DNA of 64,000 nucleotides from Octopus sinensis (lineage: Eukaryota): assembly GCF_006345805.1 (NCBI RefSeq), contig NC_043001.1, positions 86,800,001 through 86,864,000 of the forward strand. Reading direction: 5' to 3'. Both the position numbers and the translations under genes were made by a program. This document shows positions 39,701-50,809 of the stretch, piece after piece. The notes beneath the pieces were generated by a model, which worked only from the letters and a program-made list of their open reading frames with translations, was not told where the DNA came from and did not search any database. Numbering within the stretch: the first letter of the stretch is position 1; each line of letters starts with the position of its first letter.

Positions 39701-42700
39701 TCAGGCGATATATCATCACACTACAAAAACACTAGCAGTAGCTTCTAATATGATTGTCTATCCCGCTAGAAGTAACAGTCTAATCTCCCTCAAATCACAC
39801 TCCATCTAAAATTGGATAATATGGTCCCGATTCACAGCATATAAATGAGAAAAAAAACAAGGTGGTCATGGTTGGAGTACCTTTCATCATAAGTCTGCCC
39901 AATCAGGATTAATCTGGAGCTAAACAACAACCCTACTACAACCACCACCACAACACTAGACAAGCCATGTGGTAAGCATCTTCATCAGTGTTTCTTCCCT
40001 ACATGGGTCTATATAAGATTTGGGGGGGGGGTCCATGCAAGCACAATAGTAAATTGGGGATCCACAGCAGTATATTAAATGCCCCCCCCCCAAAAAAAAG
40101 GTAAACGGTAAATTTCTTGCTCAAATGTTGTACCTAAGTCAACCTACACAAGTCAAAGTGTGAAAAACAAAATAGGAATTTTGAAAGAAGTATCTATAAA
40201 ATTAGCTTATAAGAACAAGGGTCTACCAGAATAAAATAGTAATAAAAGGGGTCCATAGATAATATATGGTTGTGAACTGCTGATCTACATAGTCACTTGG
40301 CCTTCAACAAAACCACAGCCAAATTTCTTTCAAATCATACATTTGAAGGTAACACTCCAGGTTAAACTTAAGCCATGATGGCTAAAAGAAATCACAGAAC
40401 AAATAACTGTTTTAAGATAAAAAAAAAAAAGAATCTTGTTAGAGTGATGGTATAGCTAAATAAAAGATAGGATGGGCATGGCTGGAACATCTTTGGTCAC
40501 AGGTTTGCTTAGTCAGGGCTGACCTGAGGTTTAAGACATTACTAAAATTACCATCATTACTACTACTACCACAACAATAATCACCACCACCCTTCAGCAC
40601 CATCATCAACAAACATAAATAAAACAACCACCATCAGGTCAGTACTATTTAAATAAATAAAGCAAGTCATGGGTAGAGTGTGGCCGAAGACAGGATAGTC
40701 ATAGCTAGAATATCATTTGTAATAGGCTTGCTCAGTCAGTGTTGACCTGGGGTTAAATTACAACACATTACTTCATTGGTATAAGACATTTTGTTGCCAC
40801 CTATTTGGTACTGTTGAGTTGATGCTAATTTGAATAACCTACCTAACGCCAACCACTTTACAGTGTAGACTGGGTGCTTCTTTTTTTTTTTTGTGCCACC
40901 TGCAATATTGAGGTTGAAATTAAATTCGCAGGACTACAAGCCTTAGGATAGGTGCACAGGTCAGCTTCATACAGGAGATTGAGGTGATTCTCATGAGAGG
41001 CAAGCAAAGCAGATTCCTGCAGTGAGACCTGCAGGTATGCATAATGCATCTTTCTCTCCCTATCAATATATATGAATGAGTGTGTGTGTATGTGTGTGTG
41101 CATGTGTATGTTTGCCTTTGGTGTATGTCTCACAATAAACTGAGTGTCCAGTTGACCATGCCAAATTGTCATGCCCAATCAATTCATTCCATTACTACAA
41201 CCACCATTATCACCACTACTACTACTACAATTACCATCAACAACAACTACTACTTCACACACACCCTGTCAGTAGCACCACCAACAAAAGTATAAGTACA
41301 ACCACCATCAGGTCAGTAACTATTGAAATAAAAAATAGATCAACAGAAACAAAACAACATTAGGTTACATACAAAAGCTGGATTGTAGCAATGTAAGGGG
41401 GAGAGAGAGGCAAATGCAGAGGGGGTAACAAAGAGAGAGACAGACAGGCAGAGAGAGAGAGAGAGAGAAATGCAGTAAACAATCCTGATAGTTGGCTGTT
41501 TCTTGTACAACAGAGATTGGCAGAACTAGATAAGTTGGATCACAGCCATGTTCTCTGTCTTTCCTTCTTCATCTGGTTGCTAAGACAACATTCTTCATGA
41601 AGAGAAGAAGAATGTGGAAGAAACACTTAAACATACAGTGTTGGGGGTGTATTTAGTGCGAGGTAAAGTAAAGGGGAGGGTGCAGGATGTATGTTGTCGC
41701 TGAAGGAGGAAGGACTAGGTTTCTGTTATTAGCCATCAAAATGTTACCATCTCCAAAGTGACCTAAAAGATTTTGCTGTTTTTTGTTTGTTGTTGTTGTT
41801 TGTGAAGAACAATGTGAAGAGTTTAGCAAGTTACAGGAGACAATAGTCATTGCTAAAGACCAAGCAAAAGGAGACTGTATGGGTCAATAGGTCATTACAT
41901 GGCCTTCTTTGACAAACTAAAATTAGCAACCAAATCTCACTGCTTTGAGAGGGGAAAAAAAGCTAAGAAGCTCACATTGGATAATGTAATTCTGAAAACA
42001 CTGAATAAAAGGTGGGATGATTATGGATGGAATGTCAGACCATAATTCAGCAAGGATGATCTGGAGAGGAGGGGTGGGAGAAAGGGATGGATAGGTGAGT
42101 GGATGGAAAGAATGTATGATAAAGATGGAGTAACAGAAAGTGGTGGCCATTAAGAAGGCATCCAGCTGTAGAAACCAATGCCAAAACCAACATTGGAGTT
42201 CAACACAGCTCTCCAGTTTATCCAATCCTGTTGAACCATCCAACCCAAGCCAGCATGGAAGATGGTTATTAAATGATGATGCTTGTTGCAAAAGCAGATG
42301 GTCAACTGGTTAGAATGATGGGCTCATATTCATAAAGTCAGGGTTTCATGTCCAGGCCAGGACATAAAACTTTACATTGCTCCAGTCTACTCGGGTAGAA
42401 ATGAGTGCCAACAACAGTTTATGATTAATCTTGCAACAAACTAGCATTCCATCCTGGGGAAATTTTACACTCACAGTTGCTGAGAAGTGCAGAAACCAAG
42501 CTAAGCCCTGACCCTATGCTCAAAAACAGACTAACTTTTTATCATTATGTGTGAATTTAAGGCAGCAAGTTGGAAGAATCATTAACATGTCAAAGTGCTT
42601 AGCAGCATATTCTTCTGGCGCTCTACATTCTGGGTTCATATGCCACTGAGGTCAACTCTGCCTTCTGTACTTTCAAGGTCAATAGAATAAATAAGTATTG

Positions 42701-43048
42701 GGGTTGATGTAATCAACTTGCCCCAACCCTCAAAATTGCTGGCCTTGTGCCAAAATTTGAATTATTACATGTGAACTGGTTGGGGCATTGTTAGGGCATT
42801 GAACAAAATGCCTTGCAGCATTTGTTCCAGCAATTTACATTCTGAGCTCAACTCTTGCCAATTTCAAGAAAATAAAGTACCAGTCAGGCGCAGGAGTGGC
42901 TGTGTGGTAAGTAACTTGCTTACCAACCACATGGTTCCGGGTTCAGTCCCACTGCGTGGCATCTTGGGCAAATGTCTTCTGCTATAGTCCCAGGCCGACC
43001 AATGCCTTGTGAGTGGATTTGGTAGACGGAAACTGAAAGAAGCCTGTC

Positions 43049-43116
<68 letters not shown>

Positions 43117-45764
43117 TTGTCCCCCTAGCATTGCTTGACAACCGATGCTGGTTGTTTACGTCCCCGTTACTTAGCGGTTCGGCAAAAGAGACCGATAGAA
43201 TAAGTACTGAGCTTACAAAGAATAAGTCCCGGGGTTGATTTGCTCGACTAAAGCGGTGCTCCAGCATGGCCGCAGTCAAATGACTGAAACAAGTAAAAGA
43301 GTAAAAGAGAGAGTCAAGTACAGGGCTCAATATAATCCATAAACTTCAACCCCCTCAAAATGGCCTTGTGCTTACATTAGAAAATTTTTATTCCAGAAAT
43401 AATAGATGCAGATGCGACTTTGTGTTAAGAAGTTTGATTCCCAACCACATGGTTCCAGGTTCATACCACGTGTCTTCCATCAAAGCCCTGGATCAACCAA
43501 AGCTTTGTGAGTAGATTTGGGAGACTCAAACTGAAAGAAGTCCCTCATATACACATATACAGGGGAGGGGTATCTTTGCATTTGTCCCCCACCACTGCTT
43601 GATAAGCTGTGTTGGTTTACAACCCTATAACATAGCAGCTCAGCAAAGTGAGACCAATAGAAGTACCAAGTTTAGAAGAAAAAAATTACTGTGGTCGATT
43701 TGTTTCACTAAACCCTTCAAGACAGAGCTGTATTAAGAAAAAATGGGGGAGGGGGCTTGTTTCACTGTCATGATTAGATGTTTTATCTAACTTTCATTCT
43801 CTAGTTACATTCAGTATAATTCCCATTAGATGTGAGTGTGATATGTGTGTTCATTACTACTCTTTTTAATTAATTCACTAATTTTATCACTGCCATAATT
43901 TAATTCTCTTAGTGATTTAATAAAATTTCACACACACACAAAATGTCTTCATCATTTTAACATCCAAATTTTCCTGCTTACATGTGCCAGGCAAGGTTTA
44001 CTGCGGCAGATTTTCTGCAACTGGATACCTTTCCTGTTACCAACCCTTACATGTTTCCAAGCAAGATTAATATTTTCTCCATGGACAGACTAGTTTGCAC
44101 AGAATATTGGAAATGAATCACATTCATTTACAACAATCACAGGATGTCAAGGTAAGGAAACACAGACATATATACATGCTTACATAATATATGATAAATA
44201 TGGGCGTATGTATATAAATGAATGTATGTATAAATGATGGGCTTCTTTCAGCTTCAGTCAACCAAATTCTCTCACAAGCTTTTAGTCAGCCAAGAGCTGG
44301 GTTAGTGTTAGGGTTAGAAGACGCTCAACCAAGGTTTCATGCAGTGAGGTTGAATCTGAAACCTGTGGATAGGAAGTAAACTTCTCAATCACCCAGCCAC
44401 ACCTGTGCCTAAATATAATAATAATAATTTTAATGACAGATTAAATTATTGCCATGATAGAATCTGTGAATTAGAAAGGGTAATAAAAGTTAACTTCCAC
44501 AAAAAATTTTTTAATTTTCTAGTAGAAAATTTGTAAGTGTTATAATAGAAATTTGTATCTTCCAGAAACACAAACTAATTTCATTTAAAAATTTAAAATA
44601 AGTTTCTATAAATGAAAATTGCTTTACAGAAAAACAAAAATTATTTTCCAAATTAAAAGAAAACTATAATTAAAATTTCTTGATTACAGAATTAAAAACA
44701 TATTCTAATTAAAAATATAATTTAAAAAAATTAAAATCTGTATTAATCCAGAAGAGACAATTTTCCAATTTGGAAAAAAAAAAAGTTATATTGAAAATTT
44801 TATCTTCTATGGAGAAGAATCTTAATATTTGTGAAAACATAATTTGACAACGATTCTATCTTCTAACAGGCTTGTTTCCTTCAGCCTGTCCAACCTGCTG
44901 TACAGGAATTATTAAACACAAAAATTGCCAAAAAATGCATTATAATAAAGAGACACAGAAATGGTTCAGCATTAAAAAATTTCATAGAGAAAGACATCCT
45001 AATTACATATTAAATGCACTTTGCTAACAATGTTAAACCACCATTTTTAAAAGGATGGGTATGCATATATTTCAATAAGCATTGAATGTCATCTATAAAT
45101 ATATTATATATGCATGCACACACATACACATTTCTTGCTTAAAACTGGATGGGAGAGGGTCTTATGTGTTTGTAAGTCCTACATGCCAGCGAATACAGTA
45201 ATTTTTAAATACTTTTTTTTTTTCATAATCTGTTAAGAATTTTATTTCTATGAATAATATTCCATAAAATAACCAAGGTTTGATATAAAATATTTTTTAA
45301 ACATGGCTTTGTCAGATAGCAGTTGTAGCCTTGTCAGACAATAGCTAACTTCAACATTAAAAAAATTATTCATCTCTGCATTAAAAAAGCAAAACAAGAG
45401 CATTGTTCAAACCAGCTTAAAACAGCAGCAAATTGCCATCAAATCACACCCTTACTATCTTTAAAAAAGAACACATTGGTTAATATAGTCTTGTCCAGGA
45501 TATACTGCATCTAAATACAAGATAAGATGATTATTTTGGGAACAGCTTTGATGAAGCTAACCCAGCCCTTAACAACAAAAATATTCATTAATATTTAATA
45601 TAGGTACAGGAGTGGCTGTGTGGTAAGTAGCTTGCTTACCAACCACATGGTTCCGGGTTCAGTCCCACTGCATGGCACCTTGGGCAAGTGTCTTCTACTA
45701 TAGCCTCGGGCTGACCAAAGCCTTGTGAGTGGATTTGGTAGACAGAAACTGAAAGAAGCCCATC

Positions 45765-45841
<77 letters not shown>

Positions 45842-48800
45842 TTGTGTGTGTGTTTGTGTGTCTGTCGCCCCCAACATCGCTTGACAATCAATGCTGGTGT
45901 GTTTACATCCCTGTAACATAGCAGTTTGGCAAAAGAGACCGATGGAATAAGTACTAGGCTAACAAATAATAAGTCCTGGGGTCAATTTCCTCGACTAAAG
46001 GCGGTGCTCCAGCATGGCCACAGTCAAATGACTGAAACAAGTAAAAGAGTAAGAATATTAAAAGTATTTGGCTTGGGTATGGCTGTGTGATTAGGCTTGC
46101 TTTGCAACCATTTGATTTCAGGTTCAGTTCCACTGTTCAGCACCTTGGGTAAATGAGCAGATCAACACAATGTGAGTGAATATGGTAGACAGAAATGGTG
46201 CAGAAGCCCTGAGTGTATGTGTTCTTTGTATCTGTCCTTCCATTGCTTGACAACTGCTGTTGGCTTGTTTACATTGTCATAACTTAGCAATTCAGCAAAA
46301 GATATCGATAGAATAAGTACTAGACTTTAAAAAATAAGTAGAGGGGTCAATATGTTCAACTAATCCCGTCAAGGCAGGGCTCCAGCATGGAATGAAATAA
46401 ATAAAAAGATACAGAATTTGTAGAAATAACTGAAGAGTGCTTTGCACGTCAATTAAAATTATTTCTCTCAATTCTGTGATTAAATCTCACAATCTACTGC
46501 ATTCCATATTTCAATGTACACTTTAAAATTTAGTGTTTAATAATCAAGCACTGTGCCAGATATCTGATATTCTTGAGCCACTCCTTTGCTTTTTATCCTT
46601 TCAAACTGCACCATAAACAAAACAAAAGAATCTTTTACTTATTTGGGTCTACTTAGTCATTTGTTTCTTTCATGCTCATTTTTCAATACTAGCATAAGTA
46701 AGACAAATATGTTATCAAGGCACCATCTTACAGTCAAATGCCCTTCATGTCACTCACCCTTAACAGTATCAAGTAAGGGACCTCTTATTCCATACGCCTT
46801 CAAAAGCACAAACCAAGCATCTGATCTGTCAACAGGAAAATAGCACCACCACTCATGTCACAACTTTTATAGGAAGGAGTGAAGTATAAACACAGATACA
46901 CACATATGATATGTTTCCACACAGTTTCCATCAATCAAATTCACTCACATGGTTTTAGTCAGCCCAGAGCTCTAGCAGAAGACACTTGTCCAAGGTGCCA
47001 CACAACTGGACCTAAAACCATATGGTACAAAAGAAAGTGAACTTCTTAATTATACTTTATTCTCTCCAGTGCCAGAGGAGCACTAACATCATTTACACAA
47101 TGTGGTGAATCAACCACCGACGTTGCCCAACGACCTCAATATCAAATTTAGAATTCATACAAGGCTGAGGCCATATACGAAACAACCCCGACACAATTCA
47201 GGTTTACAACACAATATCTTTTCCACCACAGGCCCTGACCAAATTTCTTCAAAGGATACTAGATAAGCCACCTATACCTGGATACATCTCAGCCAACAAC
47301 TTTCTACTTGAATGAGTCATGATACCACAAAACTTGACTTTAAAATAACTTAACAGATCCTGATAGGATCTGTTAAGTTTGACAATTTTTGTCCAAAACA
47401 CATTTAAATTTTATACAGCTTTACCTGACCCTATTCTCAAGAATTGATATTCAGCTGACATATAATTAAAAAGAAGCTATTTACAGGGCAAAAGGGTCAA
47501 CAGCTTGTGACATGGCTAACACTTTGCTTTTAAAAAAGCTTGTCTCTTGACTGACTCAGTTCTAACTATGGATACACTACCAATTAATCAAAGAGTTGAA
47601 AACTGACAAATGCTTTGCTTGTTTGCAGTACTGGGTTCAGATTCTGCTATCTGCATACTACAGCTTGCCAAGGCTTTTGGGTATCAAATCCCAAAGAAAG
47701 CTGAGTCTCACTGGTTCCTCACAGTAGAGCTATTTCACTTCAATGTCATCATAATACAGATGAGACACTCGTTTCTTTATTATCTAAAATAAGGTATATT
47801 TATGTTTACTGCACATAGCAATTTGTAAACAGTAGCATTGCTTGTTTGTGTCACTGAATAAGGAGTGATATCAGGTGGGATGATATCAAAGAGGTTAAGG
47901 ATCTCTTCTGAAAGCTTTCAATTTTTCTGTGAATGTATCTAGAACTAATCATCCCTTTCAAAGTGGCATTTACACTATTATAAAGAATTCCAATGTGCTT
48001 ACAAACAACAACAAAAAATGCCATTCATTCACAAACAGTTGAATCAAGACAGGGTAAAGTGTTTTTGGTGGACATGAACTCTGGATATTTTTATCAAAAA
48101 TCTGACACCCAGCCAACTACTGTTCACCATTGTTATCATTCTTACAGCAACCACATGCTTCAGAGAAGCAGTAAGGGGATATAAATTAAACAAAACAGCT
48201 TTAATCTGGGATTAAAACTGGGTCATAAACATACCTTACCCAGGAGAGTATGAACAACAATATTAATACATGGCAAACAGCCATTTATATTCAATAAATA
48301 ACAGCAGCAGCAACAATAATAGTAATAGTGGTAGAGATTTTCTGGACAGTCATCAGCTCTATATTTAAGTGATATGAGTTAGCTGTATTATTAAGTGCCA
48401 GGGCAATGATTAATGAAGGCAAACAATATAACCATAATTATGAATTAAGATAATGACCCAACAAAAGGCAAGAAATTATCAATAGTACTTTCATGTCACT
48501 AAAGATAGGGTCTTTTGATTTCCTTGCACCACAGTACAAGAGTATTTGTTAATTACCTTTATAGCTCTTAAGATGTAGCGAGGGGCCCTCAATGAGAGAG
48601 GTGAGGTAGTAAAAAGAAAAAAGATTGACTTATTTATACTAAAATATGAAGACACTCTTAACTAATGACAGCCAAATACATTTTACATCAAAACATCTAA
48701 GATTGTTAGCACTTAAGAGAGACAGACGAAGAGAAAGCAAGTATACACAGGCTGTGTGGTAAGAAGTTGGTTTCCCAACCACATGGTTTCGGATTTAGTC

Positions 48801-50229
48801 TCACTGTCTTCTAATATAGCCACAGGCAGACCAAAGCCTTGTGAGTGGATATAGTAGTTGGAAACTGCAAGAAGCCCATTGTGTGTGTGTGTGTGTGTTC
48901 CTTGCCACTGCTTGACAACCAGTGTTAGTTTGTTTATGTCCTCATAACTTAGCAGTTGGGTAAAAGAGACTGACAGAATATGTACCAGCCTTTAAAAAAA
49001 TAAGTCTGGGGCCGATTCATTCAACTAGATAAAAAAAACTCCTGAAAATTCTTCAAAGCAGTACCCCAGCATGGTTGCAGTTTAATAACTGAAACAAGTA
49101 AAAGATAAAAGATATAATGGGAATGTAACAACACTTATATTCAAGCTATAGATTTTCATTTGTACACAACATATTTGCACTGAGACATGTAACAATAGAT
49201 TTACATAAAAGCCTAGAAACGCTGGGATTCTCCAAGAAAGAATACAGCTGAATGATTCACATTCCCCAAATACAATCACTTGTAAAACATTCCAGGGAAT
49301 ATCCATTTGAAGCTATTAGGCTGAATAAATACACACACACACATATGTTCATATGTACATATGGAATATACACATACATACAAACATATAGGCATGGCTG
49401 TATAGTTAAGAAGCTCGCCTTTGCAACCATCATGGTTTTGGGTTCACTCCCACCATGTCACTTTGCACAACTGTCTTATACTATGGCCTTGGCCAACCAA
49501 TGCCTTGTGAATTAATTTGGTAGATGGAAAACTACACTGAAACCCATCATATGTGTGTGTGCATGTGTGTTCATCTCTACCATGACTTCGCAACTGGCAT
49601 TCGTTTATTCTCATCTCCATAATTTAGCAGTTCAGCAAAAGACACTGACAGATTAAGGTGGTAATCCAGGATAATAGCAGTCCAATGACCGGAAAAAGTA
49701 AAAGATACACACACACACACATATCAACAATAATGAAGCATACACATACAACCACTTGTCTACTAAAGTGACAAGAGTACCAATTATATGATTGCAAATT
49801 TATCTACACATGCACGAAACAATTGAGATAACCACAAACACCAAGACAAGAGCTGTCTTGAGTTAAACAAAAGAGCTTTGTCACTGTTTATTGACTGACT
49901 TACATTCTGTAAAAGAACAAACTCAAGTAAAAAAATAAAGTATACACACATACACACACATACAAGCATACACACATACAAACATACATATATACAAAGT
50001 TTTTTTGTTTTTTTTAGATAGATATGAATCAAATACAAAACTAGTACGAAAATGGAATACTTACAGAAGGATTACTGGATGGTAAATCTGCATCTAAACA
50101 AGGACACACCACAGAACAACCATCCAATGGTAGAGAACTGACTCCTATTCTTTTCTTCCATTTCCGATGATAAATAATGTGATCTTCTGTCAACTGAAAC
50201 CTTCGGGCTTTCCATTTGCCATTAATGCC
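2487..50229 (-). CDS. PLEK: Pleckstrin/pleckstrin-2-like gene (PH-DEP-PH), partial; join of 8 exons: 50065-50229, 16448-16576, 13975-14030, 10846-10937, 9818-9990, 8267-8422, 4518-4601, 2487-2559
   Basis: Hand-spliced product: [55 protein letters not shown]|[43 protein letters not shown]|[19 protein letters not shown]|[31 protein letters not shown]|[57 protein letters not shown]|[52 protein letters not shown]|[28 protein letters not shown]|[24 protein letters not shown]. All introns are GT-AG and the phases (0,0,2,1,0,0,0,1) chain without stops. Motifs recall vertebrate PLEK2/PLEK (WKAR, LDGC..CPC, Y.LQA...EER..W, DEP 'CF.G..LV.WL', ILRE.P..L.Y). Probably a single co-orthologue of PLEK and PLEK2. 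Confidence 0.92.
4518..4601 (-). CDS. PLEK: Pleckstrin-like exon, PH2 (84 nt, phase 0-0)
   Basis: Acceptor tttgtcttttcag|AAA, donor GCT|gtgagt; [28 protein letters not shown]. This is a different frame from track ORF 4528-4794. Confidence 0.9.
4776..5060 (+). repeat. (CAT)n/(GAT)n-tailed retroposon family C (RTE-like tail); further copies at ~14740-14960, 15780-15995, 30640-30790, 38280-38475, 39510-39710, 42130-42280
   Basis: Recurrent 'catcatcatcgtttaa..ccatgctagcatgggttggacg..tttctacagctggatgcccttcctaatgccaaccact' in both orientations. Confidence 0.75.
6965..7362 (-). mobile_element. Non-autonomous Helitron, 398 bp
   Basis: On the minus strand it starts A|TC (7363/7362) and ends CTAG|T (6965/6964), i.e. 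inserted in an AT target without TSD. A GC-rich hairpin CCCGG-GCAACG-CTGGG lies ~10 nt before the CTAG. Confidence 0.8.
8267..8422 (-). CDS. PLEK: Pleckstrin-like exon, acidic linker and start of PH2 (156 nt, phase 0-0)
   Basis: Acceptor ttctgttgtag|ACT, donor AAG|gtatgt; ends [12 protein letters not shown], matching the PH beta-1 strand. Confidence 0.9.
9818..9990 (-). CDS. PLEK: Pleckstrin-like exon, DEP domain core (173 nt, phase 1-0)
   Basis: Acceptor ttttcattgcag|GT, donor TTT|gtaagt; GCDLVNWLL...[17 protein letters not shown]...[10 protein letters not shown]. Confidence 0.93.
10846..10937 (-). CDS. PLEK: Pleckstrin-like exon, start of DEP domain (92 nt, phase 2-1)
   Basis: Acceptor ctcttgactccag|T, donor CAAG|gtaaga; [30 protein letters not shown]. 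Confidence 0.9.
13975..14030 (-). CDS. PLEK: Pleckstrin-like exon, PH1-DEP linker (56 nt, phase 0-2)
   Basis: Acceptor ttctttttctgcag|GTG, donor TTAG|gtgagt; supplies the phase-2 junction needed to join the 10846-10937 exon. Confidence 0.85.
16013..16210 (-). mobile_element. Short GC/CpG-rich retroelement 3' fragment with (AAC)n tail, family unknown
   Basis: Abrupt GC- and CpG-rich block followed on the minus strand by AACAACAACAAC; no recognisable protein motif. Confidence 0.4.
16448..16576 (-). CDS. PLEK: Pleckstrin-like exon, C-terminal half of PH1 (43 aa, phase 0-0)
   Basis: Acceptor cttttatttcag|GGG, donor CAG|gtttgt; [19 protein letters not shown] is the PH terminal helix with the conserved Trp. 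Confidence 0.93.
19894..20114. mobile_element. piggyBac-like TTAA MITE, 221 bp; other copies 26772-26988, 29468-29688, ~55965-56177, ~61159-61680 (interrupted)
   Basis: TTAA|CCCTTTAGCATT ... AATGTTAAAGGG|TTAA (TTAA at 19890-19893 and 20115-20118). CCC/GGG termini with a TTAA duplication are typical of piggyBac. The internal sequence is shared among copies. Confidence 0.8.
22785..23680. repeat. ~900-bp (GA)-rich low-complexity tract with a 22-bp minisatellite (GAGACATAAAGAGAGACGCACG, ~11 copies, ~23062-23294)
   Basis: Directly visible tandem units; source of the long spurious LSLC/ERER ORFs. Confidence 0.9.
24137..24651 (-). mobile_element. 358-bp unit in 1.44 tandem copies (157-bp direct repeats) inserted in (TA)n, carrying a hammerhead-like motif; retrozyme/Penelope-like element
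   Basis: 24137-24293 and 24495-24651 differ at 4 of 157 positions and are flanked on both sides by (TA)n. The hammerhead-like core lies in the unique middle. Confidence 0.7.
24355..24396 (-). ncRNA. Minimal type I hammerhead ribozyme-like motif (variant core)
   Basis: Minus strand GCCCG-UUGACGA-GGGA(CAAACA)UCCC-GAAA-CUAG-UU-CGAAC: core CUGANGA with C3U, perfect 4-bp stem II, GAAA, palindromic ACUAGU stem III, weak stem I. Confidence 0.6.
24668..24905 (+). repeat. tRNA-derived SINE (related head family to 58764-59095 and 61188-61492)
   Basis: A-box-like tggcccagtgat, B-box-like ggtttcaattccc, then 'ttgagcaaaaacacctaaaagctccacg'. Confidence 0.6.
25356..25942 (-). mobile_element. 5'-truncated CR1-clade LINE (RT C-terminus + 3'UTR + (AACT)n tail) inserted into a family-A SINE
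   Basis: Open frame [13 protein letters not shown]...[12 protein letters not shown]...[21 protein letters not shown]...LRGH...FSVRV..PWNKLP (CR1 signature), stop at 25437-25439. The SINE sequence actcttttacttgt|ttcagtcatttgac is split by it. Confidence 0.9.
25943..26506 (-). repeat. tRNA-derived SINE family A with internal (TA)n/(CA)n; well-preserved copies also at 29828-30240(+), 30832-31218(-), 33736-34110(+), 42887-43312(+), 45603-46053(+), 52755-53138(+), 57750-58093(-), 60636-61062(+), plus many decayed ones
   Basis: Head ggcgcaggagtggctgtgtggtaagtagcttgcttaccaaccacatggttccgggttcagtcccactg (A/B-box-like) and tail cagtcaaatgactgaaacaagtaaaagagta, near-identical among copies. Confidence 0.9.
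26544..27450 (+). pseudogene. Decayed mariner transposase remnant (different subfamily from 31819-33072), interrupted by a TTAA MITE at 26772-26988; boundaries approximate
   Basis: IVNEFLMNE...[12 protein letters not shown]|MITE|[21 protein letters not shown] ... [18 protein letters not shown] ... [11 protein letters not shown]; many frameshifts. Confidence 0.7.
28790..28980. repeat. Diverged minisatellite, ~4 copies of ~45-55 bp (ccaccacattatatggctgcctcctactctacaataac-like)
   Basis: Recurrent 'tata(c/t)(g/a)g(c/t)tgcctc...ctctaca' blocks. Confidence 0.6.
31819..33072 (+). mobile_element. Near full-length (1254 bp) Hsmar1-like mariner, cecropia subfamily
   Basis: TA at 31817-31818 and 33073-33074; identical 23-bp TIRs TTAGGTTGTCAAGAAAGTTCTTG. 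Confidence 0.93.
31983..32995 (+). pseudogene. Dead mariner transposase (3 in-frame stops, frameshift, second catalytic D mutated)
   Basis: MDKKQI..IFLF.LKLG*KAAES...[26 protein letters not shown]...WVPHKL...[12 protein letters not shown]...[13 protein letters not shown]...[15 protein letters not shown]...LSPTDYH...[13 protein letters not shown]. Closely recalls the Hsmar1/SETMAR transposase; no SET domain. Confidence 0.92.
35282..37011 (-). other. Candidate small nested gene (5 exons: 36978-37011, 36191-36220, 36072-36087, 35423-35551, 35282-35339), putative secreted 88-aa protein; unverified
   Basis: GT-AG junctions give one 267-nt frame: [88 protein letters not shown]. No homologue recognised. 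Confidence 0.3.
35866..36052 (+). mobile_element. Penelope-like pseudo-LTR fragment with degenerate minimal hammerhead (~35916-35957)
   Basis: CUUU-CUGUAGA-A-GAGC(GCAG)GCUC-GAAA-UG-UA-AAAG: stem II 4 bp, stem I CUUU/AAAG; core has A6U and a CpG-decayed stem III. Confidence 0.55.
44480..44830. repeat. Very AT-rich diverged tandem array, period ~60-64 bp
   Basis: (c/g)agaa anchors at 44563, 44627, 44687, 44749, 44812, each preceded by aaa(a)t(t/c)t. Confidence 0.45.
45293..45528 (+). repeat. 236-bp direct repeat, copy 1 (copy 2 at 50575-50809)
   Basis: About 10 differences by eye between the copies (~96% identical), 5282 bp apart. Confidence 0.9.
47060..47330 (+). mobile_element. Decayed LINE 3' end (CR1/L2 group)
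   Basis: [27 protein letters not shown] resembles the C-terminus of invertebrate CR1/L2-group ORF2; upstream 'LEFIQG'/'RRCP' remnants. Confidence 0.5.
50065..50229 (-). CDS. PLEK: Pleckstrin-like exon, N-terminal PH domain (55 aa, phase 0-0)
   Basis: Acceptor tttattttcag|GGC, donor TCT|gtaagt; encodes [20 protein letters not shown]...[12 protein letters not shown]. Absent from the ORF track because it has no Met. Confidence 0.93.
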
Positions 50230-50574
50230 CTGAAAATAAAGTAGAAGAATAAGAGTGAGAAGTAGTACACTTATATTTTACATTGCCTTATTTCAACAAC
50301 CTGTTGGTAGGAACAGGTACCACATATGTGTAACCCTTTTAATACCAACCCAACCAACATTGAATTTTTGGTGCAAACTTTGTTTTAAAGTGATTTTAAA
50401 TTTAAAATTCTGTCAAAGTTTCATGTTACATTTCACCGACTAAATTCTTCATAATTTTAAAAATTAATTGAAACAACACTAGTGTATTCAGCAGAAAAAT
50501 GGTAAGAAAAGGATAAATATTATGAGCGATAAATTAACCTCCACTTGGCCAAAACAACAATTTATTTACACATG

Positions 50575-50809
50575 TTTTTTAAACATGGCTTTGTCAGATA
50601 ACAGTTGTGGCCTTGTCAGACAATAGCTAAATTCAACATTAAAAAAATTATTCATCTCTGCATTAAAAAAGCAAAAAAGAGCATTGTTCAAACCAGCTTA
50701 AAACAGCAGCAAATTTCCATTAAATTACACCCTTACTATCTTTTAAAAAGAACACATTGCTTAATATAGTCCTGTCCAGGATATACTGCATCTAAATACA
50801 AGATAAGAT
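50575..50809 (+). repeat. 236-bp direct repeat, copy 2
   Basis: Matches 45293-45528; together the copies bracket exon 50065-50229. Confidence 0.9.

Noticed and set aside
44480-44830. NUMT or decayed LRR coding sequence
   Set aside because: No recognisable mitochondrial motif; all frames stop frequently; AT-richness alone explains the impression.
49780-49830. Third hammerhead-like motif (..tgca..tgcacgaaacaattg)
   Set aside because: No CUGANGA core and no convincing stem I.
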